From the NCBI GenBank assembly GCA_945963595.1, contig CAMFMO010000004.1, positions 7,131 to 71,130 on the forward strand: 64,000 bases of DNA. Direction: 5' to 3'. The position numbers and the translations under genes are program-made. A model generated the notes under the pieces. The model did no database searches and was not told the DNA's origin. It worked only from the letters and a program-made list of their open reading frames with translations. The number at the start of each line of letters is the position of its first letter. Within the stretch, counting starts at the first letter, position 1. Of the stretch, positions 36,718 to 46,785 are shown piece by piece. This DNA is from an uncultured Clostridia bacterium. Lineage in GTDB: Bacteria > Bacillota > Clostridia > Oscillospirales > Oscillospiraceae.

Positions 36718-37047
36718 CATCTGACCGTGACAGAAAGAACAAATTCCACGTTATTTACAATTTGTGACATGATTTTATGTATTATATGACCATTTTGACG
36801 AAAACGGATATGTACGCTGAAAAGATATGCCCCAAAACACTAAAAATCTGTTCAGCCGCAGGAAAGCAAATGAACAGATATGTGACATGAAAATGATGCC
36901 GGGATGATTTACTTACGAATTGGTAAGCGAAACGCGAAGGCCGGGAAGTGCGGAAGCAAAAAAAGAGAGCCGATAACCCGTGGGGCCTGTTGGCATACGG
37001 ATGATCGGCTCTGCGTCTTAACATCAAATGAAATTCGTTTTTCCTGC

Positions 37048-37473
37048 TTATCTGATCTGCCCATCGCCGCCCATAAGCGCGGTCATTTCCTCAATGCGCT
37101 CCAACGGGAACGGCGGCGCACAAAGAGGTTTCATTGCGATGCTCATGAGCTTCATGGGGTTGTCATCCGCGGCCACGCGATTGGAGCTGAGGGCACCGCA
37201 GCGCTTGCAGCGGTGAATGATAGCCCACTCTCCGCCCTTGCGTACCCAGACGGCGATTGGTTCCATGATGCCGCCGCAGTCACTGGCCCGGTCGCTGGGT
37301 TCTATGTCCACATGAAGGCTCGAAAGGCAGTTTGGGCAATGGTTGCGGTGGTCGCTGCCTGCGTTTTCCGGCACACAAGGTCTACTGCAGACCTTGCAGA
37401 TAAAGGTATCGGAACAGGCGTGGGTCTTATAGTACCCTTTTTCAAAGGCTTTGCGTTTGTTTTCGCGGTTCAT
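37048..37473 (-). CDS. RNHCP domain-containing protein
   Basis: F.CKVC, HRNHCPNCLSSLHVD..P.DRASDCGG.MEP, IIHRCKRCG; SD AGGAGG. Confidence 0.9.
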   Translation of the reverse strand: MNRENKRKAFEKGYYKTHACSDTFICKVCSRPCVPENAGSDHRNHCPNCLSSLHVDIEPSDRASDCGGIMEPIAVWVRKGGEWAIIHRCKRCGALSSNRVAADDNPMKLMSIAMKPLCAPPFPLERIEEMTALMGGDGQIR

Positions 37474-37548
37474 TGGAAGTCCTCCTGAAGATGTGTGGTC
37501 GGTTCTCCGGGAGGAATGGCGTGTGAATGAATTTGCCAGACCTCCCGG

Positions 37549-37587
37549 TCAGGCCACACGCTCCGGTAATAAAGTGATAAGTTTCAA
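37549..37587 (-). CDS. Putative leader peptide MKLITLLPERVA (TTG start)
   Basis: AAGGAG 6 nt before TTG; 12 codons; the stop lies inside the 5' arm of the 37493-37559 hairpin. Confidence 0.45.
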   Translation of the reverse strand: MKLITLLPERVA

Positions 37588-37608
37588 AAAATACTCCTTG
37601 GTTTCTGT

Positions 37609-39093
37609 CTAATCTTTTCCATATGGATGCCGGATAGCCGCCAAAAGGCTATCCAATCGGATTATACCGCTTATGAATCGGTTTATCAATAGGGTATTGC
37701 TCTCATGGTCCTTAGCCATTGTAAGGGAATACTGAATTGCTTTCACCGGCTCCTCCGTATGAAAGAAAATTTCCCCACGCGCTTGCTCCACATTGGTATT
37801 GCACCATTTTGTATCCGGATTATGGTCAAACAGGTAGGCGCTGCCCTCTTGGTCATTGGCACCGGTAGGTCCTCTATCGTATGTAACATTAATGGGTTGA
37901 GGCAGTCCAAATGCCTACTTTGCCGTCACATCCATAGTCGAGCCGACGGTTATATTTTCCTGATCCGACCAGTCACCAAAGGACATAAAGCCGTCGCACA
38001 TTACTGCGCCGCCATGGGTGTAGGACTCATTTCCGTTTATATACAATGCTTGACCAGCAGCGGCTGCTTCGTACGCTGCGCTCTTATCCGCATCACTAGG
38101 ATTCGCTGTCAGGCCCATACGGAAATATGCAGTTATCCAATCATCGCTCATATCTTCTGCATTCACATACCGGCCATCGCAGCTTCCCTTCCAGTTTTCC
38201 ATGCCGCCGCCCAGCATGCTTTTCTGCACCTGACCGCCCAAAGCACAGAAGAAATCGGAATAGCCGGATGTCATAAAGGTTGTATCCGTCAATGCGTCCT
38301 TATCCGCATGTTTGGTAGATCCAGCACCAGCCAATTGCGTACCATCCGCCCTATTATCGAAAACAGCGGCAGCTCCGCCCAGCACAAAAACGTGTCCGGT
38401 GGGGCAACCTGCCAGACCGCCGCCAAAGCCACGGGCATGGTTATTTGTCGCCAGTATCTTTTCGATATACAGGTAAGCACCCTCTGTACAGAAAATTCCG
38501 CCACCGCCCCAGTCTTCACTCTGCGCAATGGAGTTATTGTTGATGTATCCGCTGGTGATCTGTACGATGGCTCCAACTTCTCGAATTGAGATACCAGCGC
38601 CCTCTTTCTGGTGCCCTGCAATGCCACAGCTCACTTGGTTACGGTTCGCACAGATGTAGCCGCCGTTCATTGTGAGCATAGCATTGCTGCTTTTCCCTTT
38701 CACACATATACCGGCGCCACTACCGGCCATATTGCCTGTGATATATCCGCCATTAAGTGTCAGATTGGATTCATTTTCCAGTCGGATTCCTCCACCGCCA
38801 TCCTCATTAATATGTGCACCTTCGCAAGCGAAATTCTGTGCCTTGTTGTTTGTCACATATCCACTGACCATCGTAACTGCAGAGGACTCTCTACAATAGA
38901 GGCCACCGCCGCCCTTGGAGTTCGTCCTAGCCGAGTTGCTGAAAATATAACCGCCCGATACAGTAACGTTAGCACCCTCCGAATAAATGGCTCCGCCAAA
39001 GCCGTAGGTAGTCTTGCCATCGGAGGCAGGCGAATCGAAGAAAGCGGTATTTTCAAAAATACATGCATCTCTTAATTGTAAACAATCTGTTTT
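37609..39093 (-). pseudogene. Fragment of a large surface protein (GGAI-type beta-helix repeats plus a discoidin/F5-8C-like piece); 5'-truncated with an in-frame TAG
   Basis: The frame is open from 39093 with no start codon before 38871. Repeats FGGAIYS, GGGGLYC, GGGGIRL, GAGISI, GGGGIFC, HGGAVM. After TAG 37915-37917 the same frame continues EGSAYLFDHNPDTKWC...PVKAIQYSLT. Confidence 0.7.
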
Positions 39094-39168
39094 TTACTTG
39101 CATTTCTCCAGCAAACATGGTAAACTTGGCAGGATTATCATTCCGAACATCGGAGAAAAGAGGAACCC

Positions 39169-40698
39169 ATGAAAAAGTGCCATTATTGCGGCGAGGAATT
39201 TGACGAGGAATTGACCGTCTGCCCCGCTTGTGGAAAAGAGCAGCCGGAGAACGTCCCGGTGCCCGGGGAAGCGGAAGCTTCTCCGGATACCGCCCAGGAG
39301 GCCGCTGCCGAGGTGGCCGTCCCTGTTGAGGCTGCGCAGAACGCTTCCGAGTCTACCCCTGCGGCAGATGCCCAGAGCGCACCGGAAGCCGCCCCTGTGA
39401 AGAAGGGCGTTGCCAGCGCCTCTGCCATTGCCCTTGGCGCAGCCATTGTCCTGCTGCTGGCCGCCATTCTGGCCGTGCTGATTCTGAACGGCAAGGACAC
39501 GGCTGTACAGCCGGAGGCCCTGGCCTCTGAGGCGGCCACCCAGACCGCCGAGAGCACGGAAGCTGCCGAAACCACCGAGGCAACCATTCCCGCCGACGGC
39601 AACCCGGACGATGTGACCTGCAAGGGCAGCTACACCGTCTCCGACGAGGAGGTCAAGGCCGCCAATGGGGAAGCCGTAGCAACCGCCGGAGACAGCACCC
39701 TGACCAACGGCCAGCTGCAGATCCTCTACTGGCGGTCCGTTCAGAATTTCTATGCCCAGTACGGTACCTACGCCCAGTACTTCGGTCTGGACCATACCCA
39801 GAGCATGGACACCCAGGTCTGCGGCGTTGCCGACGGGCTCACCTGGGAGCAGTATTTCCTGCAGGATGCGCTGAACAACTGGACCATTTTTGAGGCCGTT
39901 GCCCAGCAGGCCCGGGAAGCAGGCTTCCAGATGAGCGACGAAAATCGGGAGCAGATGAACACCATGGAGGAGGGGCTCCTGGAAACTGCCACGAACAATG
40001 GCTTCACCGATATCACCGCCATGATTGCGCGCAATTTCGGTGCCGGCGCCACCCTGGAGGACTACAAGAGCTTCTGGGAAATGTACTTCCTGAGCAGCGA
40101 CTACTACAATGAGATCACCGGCAGCTTCGCCCCCACCACCGAGGAAATCGCCGAATATTTCAACACCCACGAGGCAGAATACGCGGACAACGGTCTGGAC
40201 AAGACCACAAGCTCCGTAGATGTGCGGCACATTCTGATCCTGCCCGAGGGTGCCACCATCGAAACCGTCACCACAGAGGAGTTCTCCGACGAGGCATGGG
40301 CTGCCGGTGAGCAGAAGGCCCAGGAGATCCTGGACCAGTGGCTCTCCGGTGACAAAACCGAGGACAGCTTCGCCACCCTGGCAAACGAAAACTCCGCCGA
40401 CACCGGCTCCAATACCAATGGCGGCCTGTATTCCGGCGTGACCGAGGGCCAGATGGTGGAGGCCTTCAACGACTGGTGCTTCGACAGCAGTCGGCAGGTC
40501 GGCGACTATGGCATCGTCAAGACCCAGTACGGCTACCACATCATGTATTTCTGTGGCTCCCAGCTGCTGTGGGAATCTCAGGCAGAGTCTGACCTGCTCG
40601 CCCAGCTGTCCAATGACTTCATCAACGAAGCCGTGGCCGCCGCCGACGCGAAGATCGACTACAGCGCCATCAAACTGGGCTTTGTGGATATGGCTTAA
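39169..40698 (+). CDS. PpiC/PrsA-type peptidyl-prolyl isomerase with an N-terminal zinc ribbon and TM anchor
   Basis: CHYC...CPAC, acidic linker, TM helix, VDVRHILI, FATLANENSAD.GS..NGGLY, MVEAFNDWCF, VKTQYGYHIM. Confidence 0.88.
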   Translation: MKKCHYCGEEFDEELTVCPACGKEQPENVPVPGEAEASPDTAQEAAAEVAVPVEAAQNASESTPAADAQSAPEAAPVKKGVASASAIALGAAIVLLLAAILAVLILNGKDTAVQPEALASEAATQTAESTEAAETTEATIPADGNPDDVTCKGSYTVSDEEVKAANGEAVATAGDSTLTNGQLQILYWRSVQNFYAQYGTYAQYFGLDHTQSMDTQVCGVADGLTWEQYFLQDALNNWTIFEAVAQQAREAGFQMSDENREQMNTMEEGLLETATNNGFTDITAMIARNFGAGATLEDYKSFWEMYFLSSDYYNEITGSFAPTTEEIAEYFNTHEAEYADNGLDKTTSSVDVRHILILPEGATIETVTTEEFSDEAWAAGEQKAQEILDQWLSGDKTEDSFATLANENSADTGSNTNGGLYSGVTEGQMVEAFNDWCFDSSRQVGDYGIVKTQYGYHIMYFCGSQLLWESQAESDLLAQLSNDFINEAVAAADAKIDYSAIKLGFVDMA

Positions 40699-40713
40699 TT
40701 ATATCTCCAGACA

Positions 40714-40763
40714 GGGTTGCCTTTCATGTTTTCCTCAAGTCATGAAAGGCAGCCCGTTTTTTA
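40714..40763 (+). terminator. Terminator between the convergent PPIase and AraC genes
   Basis: GGGTTGCCTTTCATG / CATGAAAGGCAGCCC followed by GTTTTTT. Confidence 0.65.
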
Positions 40764-40839
40764 TAAAATGAGAAAAGCAGGTCAATTGTATTGAAAAACG
40801 CCAAAGCTACTCCCTCTTGCACACATTAAAGCATAGCTT

Positions 40840-41823
40840 TCAGTCTGCCTCTGATGAATGAAAATCGCTAAGTTTCCCTAAAACATAAGGATCATTAAGC
40901 AGGAAGCGCGTAGGAATATAGTTCTGAGCAGTTGTATCCACACGTGTGACGAGTTTCGCACGATATGCATTTGGAGTCATATTGAAATATTTACGGAAAG
41001 CTGCGTATAGGGATTTTGCATCCGGGAAACCAGAATTAACCGCAATATCCAAAACAGTATTTTGGGAATTATTAAGCAGCCATACAGCATGTGCCAAACG
41101 CTTTCGCGTTACATATTCATGCAAGCCAATTTGCATATGTTTTTTAAAGAAAGACGAAAGATAGCTGGCATTCATGCCCACCGAAGCGGCCAGACTTTCC
41201 AGCGACAAGTCAAGCAAGTAATTCTTTTCAATCTGGCGATGAATTTCCACAAGCTTTTGCTGCTGTTGCCGCGTGAGCGATACTGTCTCATTTCTATTCT
41301 TTTCTGTCGGTGCCATTAAAACCAGAGTTCCGATGATCGACATCAGCTCAGCTTCCGCACAAATGCGATCCCCAAGGCTATCTCCAGAAGCGGTCAATCG
41401 ATAGAAAGACGCAAACGCAGAACGTATTTTGTTATAATAGCTGTCACTGGGAACATCCCTACTGTAGACACAAGGAAAAACAGAAATTTGCGTGCAAAAC
41501 TTCCCCAAATACTTTTGTGAAATATGCAGAACTGCGGCTACCGTTCCGGGCATTTCGATCATAGAAGCATGGCCCTCATTTGGTTGAATCACAATAAAAT
41601 CCCCTGCTGTCAGTTCATATTCAGCACGTTCGGAGAACACCTTTAGTTTTCCCTCGAGTACAAACAAGATTTCCAAGGACGCATGCCAATTAAAGCGAAA
41701 AAATCCAACGCGATAAGCATACGCCTCACATATAATCGCTCCATGGCTATCACGCAAAATCGCGCAGGTTTCCGGGTCAGTAGGTAACGTACCAATAGGA
41801 TTTGATCCTGTATTTCTTGCCAT
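40840..41823 (-). CDS. AraC family regulator with an N-terminal cupin
   Basis: Likely start MARNTG at 41823; WHASLEILFVLEG cupin; SLESLAASVGMNASYLSSFFK and IAVNSGFPD..SLYAAFRKYFNMTP HTHs. Confidence 0.9.
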   Translation of the reverse strand: MARNTGSNPIGTLPTDPETCAILRDSHGAIICEAYAYRVGFFRFNWHASLEILFVLEGKLKVFSERAEYELTAGDFIVIQPNEGHASMIEMPGTVAAVLHISQKYLGKFCTQISVFPCVYSRDVPSDSYYNKIRSAFASFYRLTASGDSLGDRICAEAELMSIIGTLVLMAPTEKNRNETVSLTRQQQQKLVEIHRQIEKNYLLDLSLESLAASVGMNASYLSSFFKKHMQIGLHEYVTRKRLAHAVWLLNNSQNTVLDIAVNSGFPDAKSLYAAFRKYFNMTPNAYRAKLVTRVDTTAQNYIPTRFLLNDPYVLGKLSDFHSSEAD

Positions 41824-42072
41824 GTCAGCTATCCCTTCCAAAATTTTTTGAAAGAATTGGAATATTCTTTCTTTTATTATCCAAAAAATTGTAACACATA
41901 TCATCTGTTTTAGCAAGAGAAACTCTGTGTTTTTTTACTTTTGCCTATTTTCTTTTGTGAAAATAAAGATAAAAAACGGAATATAAGATTCCAAAATATC
42001 AGGAAAAATGGATTGATAATAATTCATAAGTGTTTTAAAACATAAGTGCATAAAAACTACAAGGAGGAGCGT

Positions 42073-43221
42073 ATGAAGGTCACAAACGTAGAAATCGTTG
42101 AAGTAAAACACTATCTGTTTGTGAAAGTACACACGGACGCTGGTATCACTGGTCTGGGTGAGGCAGGAAACTGGGGATTCCTACAAGCAACACGGGGAGC
42201 CATCGAAAAGTTTTCCGATTTTCTGATTGGACAAGATCCCTTTCAAATCGAGCATCACTACCAGAACATGTACCGCGCCATGTACTTCCGGGGGAGCGTC
42301 ATCATGAGCGCGATCAGCGCACTGGAAATTGCCCTTTGGGATATTAAGGGCAAAGCCTTAGGGGTTCCCGTGTACGAACTGCTGGGGGGAAAAACAAGAG
42401 ATAGGGTCAGAACCTATTGCAGTGGTCTGAGCAGCTTCAACATGAGTGATGAAGAAATGGCCGAAGAGTTTCTTTCCCTTAAAGACCAGGGTTTTACCGC
42501 CAGCAAGGTATTTCTCCCGGTGGATAAAGTCACAGGCGATGGATCAGATGAATTTTTCAACAGCAAAGTCATGATTGCAGCCGAAAAGGTACGCAAAGTA
42601 CGTAATGCCGTAGGTGAGAAGTTCGATCTGATCCTGGAGGTACATCGTTCTATGAACGTACCGGAAGCAATCGCCTTCGCCAAAGAGGTTGAACAATATC
42701 ACCCCATGGTGCTGGAAGACCCCATTGTCCCCGATGATGTAGATGCCATGGCATATGTCGCATCGAAGACCAGCATTCCCATTGCTACCGGCGAGCGCTT
42801 TGTCTATTTCAACGAGTTTGAAACACTGATGCGCAGAGATGCTGCCCGATATGTTAGGCCGGATGTCTGTGCGATTGGAGGTATCAACGCAGCGCGCAAA
42901 GTAGCTGCTATGGCAGAAGCAAACAACGTCCTCGTCATTCCGCACAATCCGCTTGGTCCCGTCTCCACCGCCGCATGCTTGCAGCTGTGCGCCTGCATCT
43001 CCAATGTAGGTATTATGGAATTACCCAGCTTCATGCTGAACAATGCGGAGGACGCTATGGTGCAGGATCCCATTGAGGTACGTAACGGATGCCTAATTGT
43101 TCCCGACAGGCCCGGCATTGGTATTGAACTGGCTGACGATGCAGCCGATCGTTTCCCGGCACACGACCGTGCCCAGCCCCATGCGCACTATAGTTTTGAC
43201 AGTTCTGTACGTGATTGGTGA
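42073..43221 (+). CDS. Enolase-superfamily sugar-acid dehydratase (D-galactonate dehydratase-like)
   Basis: Start MKVTN at 42073 after AAGGAGG; GITGLGE, ALWDIKGKALGVPVYELLGG, LEVH, LEDP, ATGER, PHNPLGP, IMELP. Confidence 0.85.
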   Translation: MKVTNVEIVEVKHYLFVKVHTDAGITGLGEAGNWGFLQATRGAIEKFSDFLIGQDPFQIEHHYQNMYRAMYFRGSVIMSAISALEIALWDIKGKALGVPVYELLGGKTRDRVRTYCSGLSSFNMSDEEMAEEFLSLKDQGFTASKVFLPVDKVTGDGSDEFFNSKVMIAAEKVRKVRNAVGEKFDLILEVHRSMNVPEAIAFAKEVEQYHPMVLEDPIVPDDVDAMAYVASKTSIPIATGERFVYFNEFETLMRRDAARYVRPDVCAIGGINAARKVAAMAEANNVLVIPHNPLGPVSTAACLQLCACISNVGIMELPSFMLNNAEDAMVQDPIEVRNGCLIVPDRPGIGIELADDAADRFPAHDRAQPHAHYSFDSSVRDW

Positions 43222-44135
43222 TGACGATGCATTCAAGAGAAGAATTAATTCAAATGGCAGATGCCCTACGCGCCAATCCTCCCGCCTTTTTTCAGATTCC
43301 CGGTCTCCATGAGTTGGACGAATTGACGGACGTTGAAGACTACCATATCCGAATCGGGGTAATGGAAGACATTCATTTCTTTTTGGTGCGGCCAAAAGAA
43401 TACCAGCAATCTCTCCCTTTTGTTGTAAATATCCACGGCGGCGGGATGGTACGCAACCACGGAGAACGAGACATTCTCTTCGCAAAAAGGCTGGCGATTG
43501 GTGCCGGATGCGCAGTCGTTTCTGTTGACTACCATTTAGCCCCGCGCTTTCCCTACCCGTACCCTGTAGATGAGACAGAGGCACTTGTGGATTGGCTCCT
43601 GGATAACGCCGGACGCTGCGGTCTTGAAAGCCGGTACATTTTGTCCGGTCAAAGCTCTGGCGGCAATCTTGCCGCTGCCGTCACAATGCGCAATGTCTGG
43701 CAGAAGAAACATATCCCTGACTGCTTGATCCTCGCCTACAGTTGGCTTGATCTGGCGACAAATCCTTTTAAAAAACCTGATTCTTGTCCAGATGAAAGGC
43801 GAGAGCAGTACTGTTTTTACCGGGAATGCTATCTGGACGAAACAGACGCTCTGCTCCCAGAGATATCCCCGGCGTTAGCCAAAACCGAGGCGCTGGTTGG
43901 GTTCCCCGAAACATTGCTCATAGAAGGGGGGAAAGATGAACTGCGAAGCGAAAACCTGTCATTTTTTCGTCACTTGTGTGACGCAGGGGTAAAGGCTCAT
44001 ATGCACTACCTTCCAGAGAGCGTCCACGGATTTATGGTGAACCAAATGGCCGGTTGGAAGGAAGCTCAAGAAATTGTACAGCACACAGTCAGAATCAACT
44101 TTACGCAAAAAAATAATAGGAGGCTCGAATCATGA
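43215..44135 (+). CDS. Alpha/beta hydrolase (HSL-like esterase)
   Basis: HGGG oxyanion motif, DYHLAP..PYP, GQSSGG nucleophile elbow, DELR, HGF. Confidence 0.9.
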   Translation: MVMTMHSREELIQMADALRANPPAFFQIPGLHELDELTDVEDYHIRIGVMEDIHFFLVRPKEYQQSLPFVVNIHGGGMVRNHGERDILFAKRLAIGAGCAVVSVDYHLAPRFPYPYPVDETEALVDWLLDNAGRCGLESRYILSGQSSGGNLAAAVTMRNVWQKKHIPDCLILAYSWLDLATNPFKKPDSCPDERREQYCFYRECYLDETDALLPEISPALAKTEALVGFPETLLIEGGKDELRSENLSFFRHLCDAGVKAHMHYLPESVHGFMVNQMAGWKEAQEIVQHTVRINFTQKNNRRLES

Positions 44136-45418
44136 CTCTGCAAATCGGTATTTGCATTGCAATCTTTGTTTTCATGATGGTTATGTTGGCATTGAATAAA
44201 TATCCAATGGGCGTGACCGCACTCACCGCAACAGCACTTCTGATCTTGTTCAAATGCATTAAGCCCGCAGATGCGCTTTCCAGCTTCGGCAATGCCAACG
44301 CAATCATCATTGTCGGAATGTTTGTCGTTGGTTCCGGCCTTCGTAAGACATCTCTCGTAACCAAAATTTCCAACTCTATCCGTAAAATTACAGGTGGAAA
44401 TTTCACGACCGCTTATCGGGGTGTAATCGTTCTGGCTGCAATTCTGACAAGTCTTCTTACCAGTCCAGCAGTCGCCTACAGTATTGTTTTCCCCATCATG
44501 GATTCCATCTGCGATGAATTTGGTGTCAGCCGATCCAAAGTACATTTTCCTCTCTGCATCACCTGCCTTGCCTGTTGCGCCGTCCTTCCATTCGGTTTTG
44601 CAATCAGTCAGGCTGCTGTTTTTAATGGACTTATGGAGACCTATGAATTTACCCAGCAGTTCACAGCCATAGATTTTACTGTCGGACGTTGGCCGGTCAT
44701 CTTGATTACCATACTCTGGGCATTCTTCCTCGCTCCTAAATTCACACCTGCGCAGCCCGCAATTCCCATAATCGGTACTGACAAAAAGGCCAATGAGGGA
44801 AAGCCTCTGACAAAAATGCAGGATGTACTTGGCAGCCTCATTTTTGTTCTGACAATCGCTGCGTTAATCTTCAATACTCAGCTTGGAATTCCTGCGTGGG
44901 TCATCGTGCTTGTCGGCTGCCTGCTGAATGTTTTCTTTGGCATCCTCAGCGGCCCGGAAGCAATTCGTCAGATGCCTATGGATATTGGCTTCATGTTTAT
45001 CGGTGCCAACACCATGGCCTCTGCGCTCGTTAATACAGGCGCTTCCGGACTGATTGGAGATTACATTACAAAGATTCTCGGCAATCAGCCCAACGTTTGG
45101 TTCCTCAGCATCATTTTCTTCCTCGTGCCCTTTATTCTGACTCAATTCATGCAGAATCAGAGTGTGATGAATATGTTCGCTCCAATTTGCCTGCTGACTT
45201 GCAGTGCAATCGGCGCCAATCCAAAGGGTCTGCTGGTTCTGATTTGCGCCGGATGCCTGACTGCCTTTATGACACCCAGCGCCTCCCCCGGAATTCCCAT
45301 GATGATGGCTGCCGGCGGTTATGATATGAAGAGTCTCCCTAAGATGGGTTGGCTATTTGCGGTTCTGGTCTCTGTATTCTATATTGTCTACGTAACTCTA
45401 GCGATGCCTGCATTCTAA
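44132..45418 (+). CDS. SLC13/CitMHS-type carboxylate permease
   Basis: Very hydrophobic, two-fold internal repeat; LTQFMQNQSV, AFMTPSASP...MAAGGY. Confidence 0.8.
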   Translation: MTLQIGICIAIFVFMMVMLALNKYPMGVTALTATALLILFKCIKPADALSSFGNANAIIIVGMFVVGSGLRKTSLVTKISNSIRKITGGNFTTAYRGVIVLAAILTSLLTSPAVAYSIVFPIMDSICDEFGVSRSKVHFPLCITCLACCAVLPFGFAISQAAVFNGLMETYEFTQQFTAIDFTVGRWPVILITILWAFFLAPKFTPAQPAIPIIGTDKKANEGKPLTKMQDVLGSLIFVLTIAALIFNTQLGIPAWVIVLVGCLLNVFFGILSGPEAIRQMPMDIGFMFIGANTMASALVNTGASGLIGDYITKILGNQPNVWFLSIIFFLVPFILTQFMQNQSVMNMFAPICLLTCSAIGANPKGLLVLICAGCLTAFMTPSASPGIPMMMAAGGYDMKSLPKMGWLFAVLVSVFYIVYVTLAMPAF

Positions 45419-45481
45419 ACAGGTCGCTCACAACGGTTAGTTACAGTCCATTTCACAAAATGCCATAGCAAATTAGTCTAA

Positions 45482-45524
45482 AACAAACACCCTATGCCAT
45501 TGAGAGCGGCATAGGGTGTTTGTT
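45482..45524. terminator. Bidirectional hairpin between the permease gene and pta
   Basis: AACAAACACCCTATGCC / GGCATAGGGTGTTTGTT, a perfect 17-bp stem. Confidence 0.75.
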
Positions 45525-45566
45525 AACGCAGAGAAAAAGCCCCAAATTTGTCCCTTAAACTCACGC

Positions 45567-46565
45567 TTACACCATCGCAGCGGTGATGATGGCCATCTTG
45601 TAGACCTCGTCGGCGTTGCAGCCACGGGACAGGTCGTTGATGGGCGCGGCCAGGCCCTGCAGGATGGGGCCGTAGGCCTCGAAGCCGCCCAGACGCTGGG
45701 CGATCTTATAGCCGATGTTGCCGGCCTCAATGTTGGGGAAGATGAAGGTGTTTGCGTGACCGGCCACGGGAGAGCCGGGGAACTTCAGCTGACCAACCTC
45801 GGGAGCCACGGCGGCGTCGAACTGCATCTCGCCGTCGATGGCCAGCTCAGGAGCCATTTCCTTGGCGACGATGGTGGCATCGTGGCTCAGCTTGACGGTG
45901 CCGCCCTTGCCGGAGCCGTTGGTGGAGAAGCTCAGCATGGCAACCTTGGGGTCAATGCCGAAGACCTTGGCGGTACGGGCAGACTCAATGGCCACCTCGG
46001 CCAGCTTCTGGGCAGCGGTCAGAGTGACGTTGCCCTCCTTGTCTACGCTGTCCTCGTAGCTCAGGTTGATGGCGCAGTCGCCCATGGCCAGCTTCTCCTC
46101 GCCGCGGACCAGGATGAAGCAGGAGGACACCAGGTGAGCGCCCTTCTTGGTCTTCACCAGCTGCAGAGCGGGACGGACGGTATCGGCAGTGGAGTAGGTA
46201 GCGCCGCCCAGCAGAGAGTCGGCATAGCCCATCTTCACCAGCATGGTGCCGAAGTAGTTGCCCTTGGACAGAGCCTTGCGGCAGTCCTCAGGGGTCATCT
46301 TGCCCTTGCGGAGCTCCACCATCTTGTCCACCATCTTGTCCATCTCGGGATAGGTAGCGGGATCGATGATCTCCACACCCTCGATGTTGAAGCCGCCCTT
46401 GGCAGCATTGGCCTTGACCTCGTCCACATTGCCGATGAGGATGGGGGTCAGGAAGCCGCCCTCAACCAGACGAGCGGTGGCCTCCAGGATACGGGCATCG
46501 TGGCCCTCAGTAAAGACGATCTTCCGGGGATTGGCCTTCAGAGTTTCGATCATTGCATCAAACAT
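45567..46565 (-). CDS. pta: Phosphate acetyltransferase
   Basis: Start MFDAMI at 46565; KIVFTEG.D.RIL, STADTVRPALQ, MGDCAIN, KVAMLSFST.GS, DGEMQFDAA, FIFPNIEAGNIGYKIAQR. Confidence 0.95.
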   Translation of the reverse strand: MFDAMIETLKANPRKIVFTEGHDARILEATARLVEGGFLTPILIGNVDEVKANAAKGGFNIEGVEIIDPATYPEMDKMVDKMVELRKGKMTPEDCRKALSKGNYFGTMLVKMGYADSLLGGATYSTADTVRPALQLVKTKKGAHLVSSCFILVRGEEKLAMGDCAINLSYEDSVDKEGNVTLTAAQKLAEVAIESARTAKVFGIDPKVAMLSFSTNGSGKGGTVKLSHDATIVAKEMAPELAIDGEMQFDAAVAPEVGQLKFPGSPVAGHANTFIFPNIEAGNIGYKIAQRLGGFEAYGPILQGLAAPINDLSRGCNADEVYKMAIITAAMV

Positions 46566-46785
46566 GAAATATTCCTCCAATTCATGAGCCGAAGCCCATT
46601 TTTTCGTCTCCATTATAGCGCACATTCCTACCGCACGCAACCACTTTTTTGCAGATTCTCCCATTCGCACCATAAGAGAATTTTATGCAATGTGATGAAA
46701 TGGTTTTCTGAAATGGCATTTTTCCTATTGATTTTTGTACGTTTTGGCTTTATAATGGTCTAAACTATGTTGGAGGGAGAATCGC

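Noticed and set aside
37915-37917. Genome-wide TAG recoding or pyrrolysine use
   Set aside because: Other genes in the window end in TAG normally (e.g. the anti-sigma gene at 610-612), and no pyl genes are present. A single nonsense mutation in a truncated gene is simpler.
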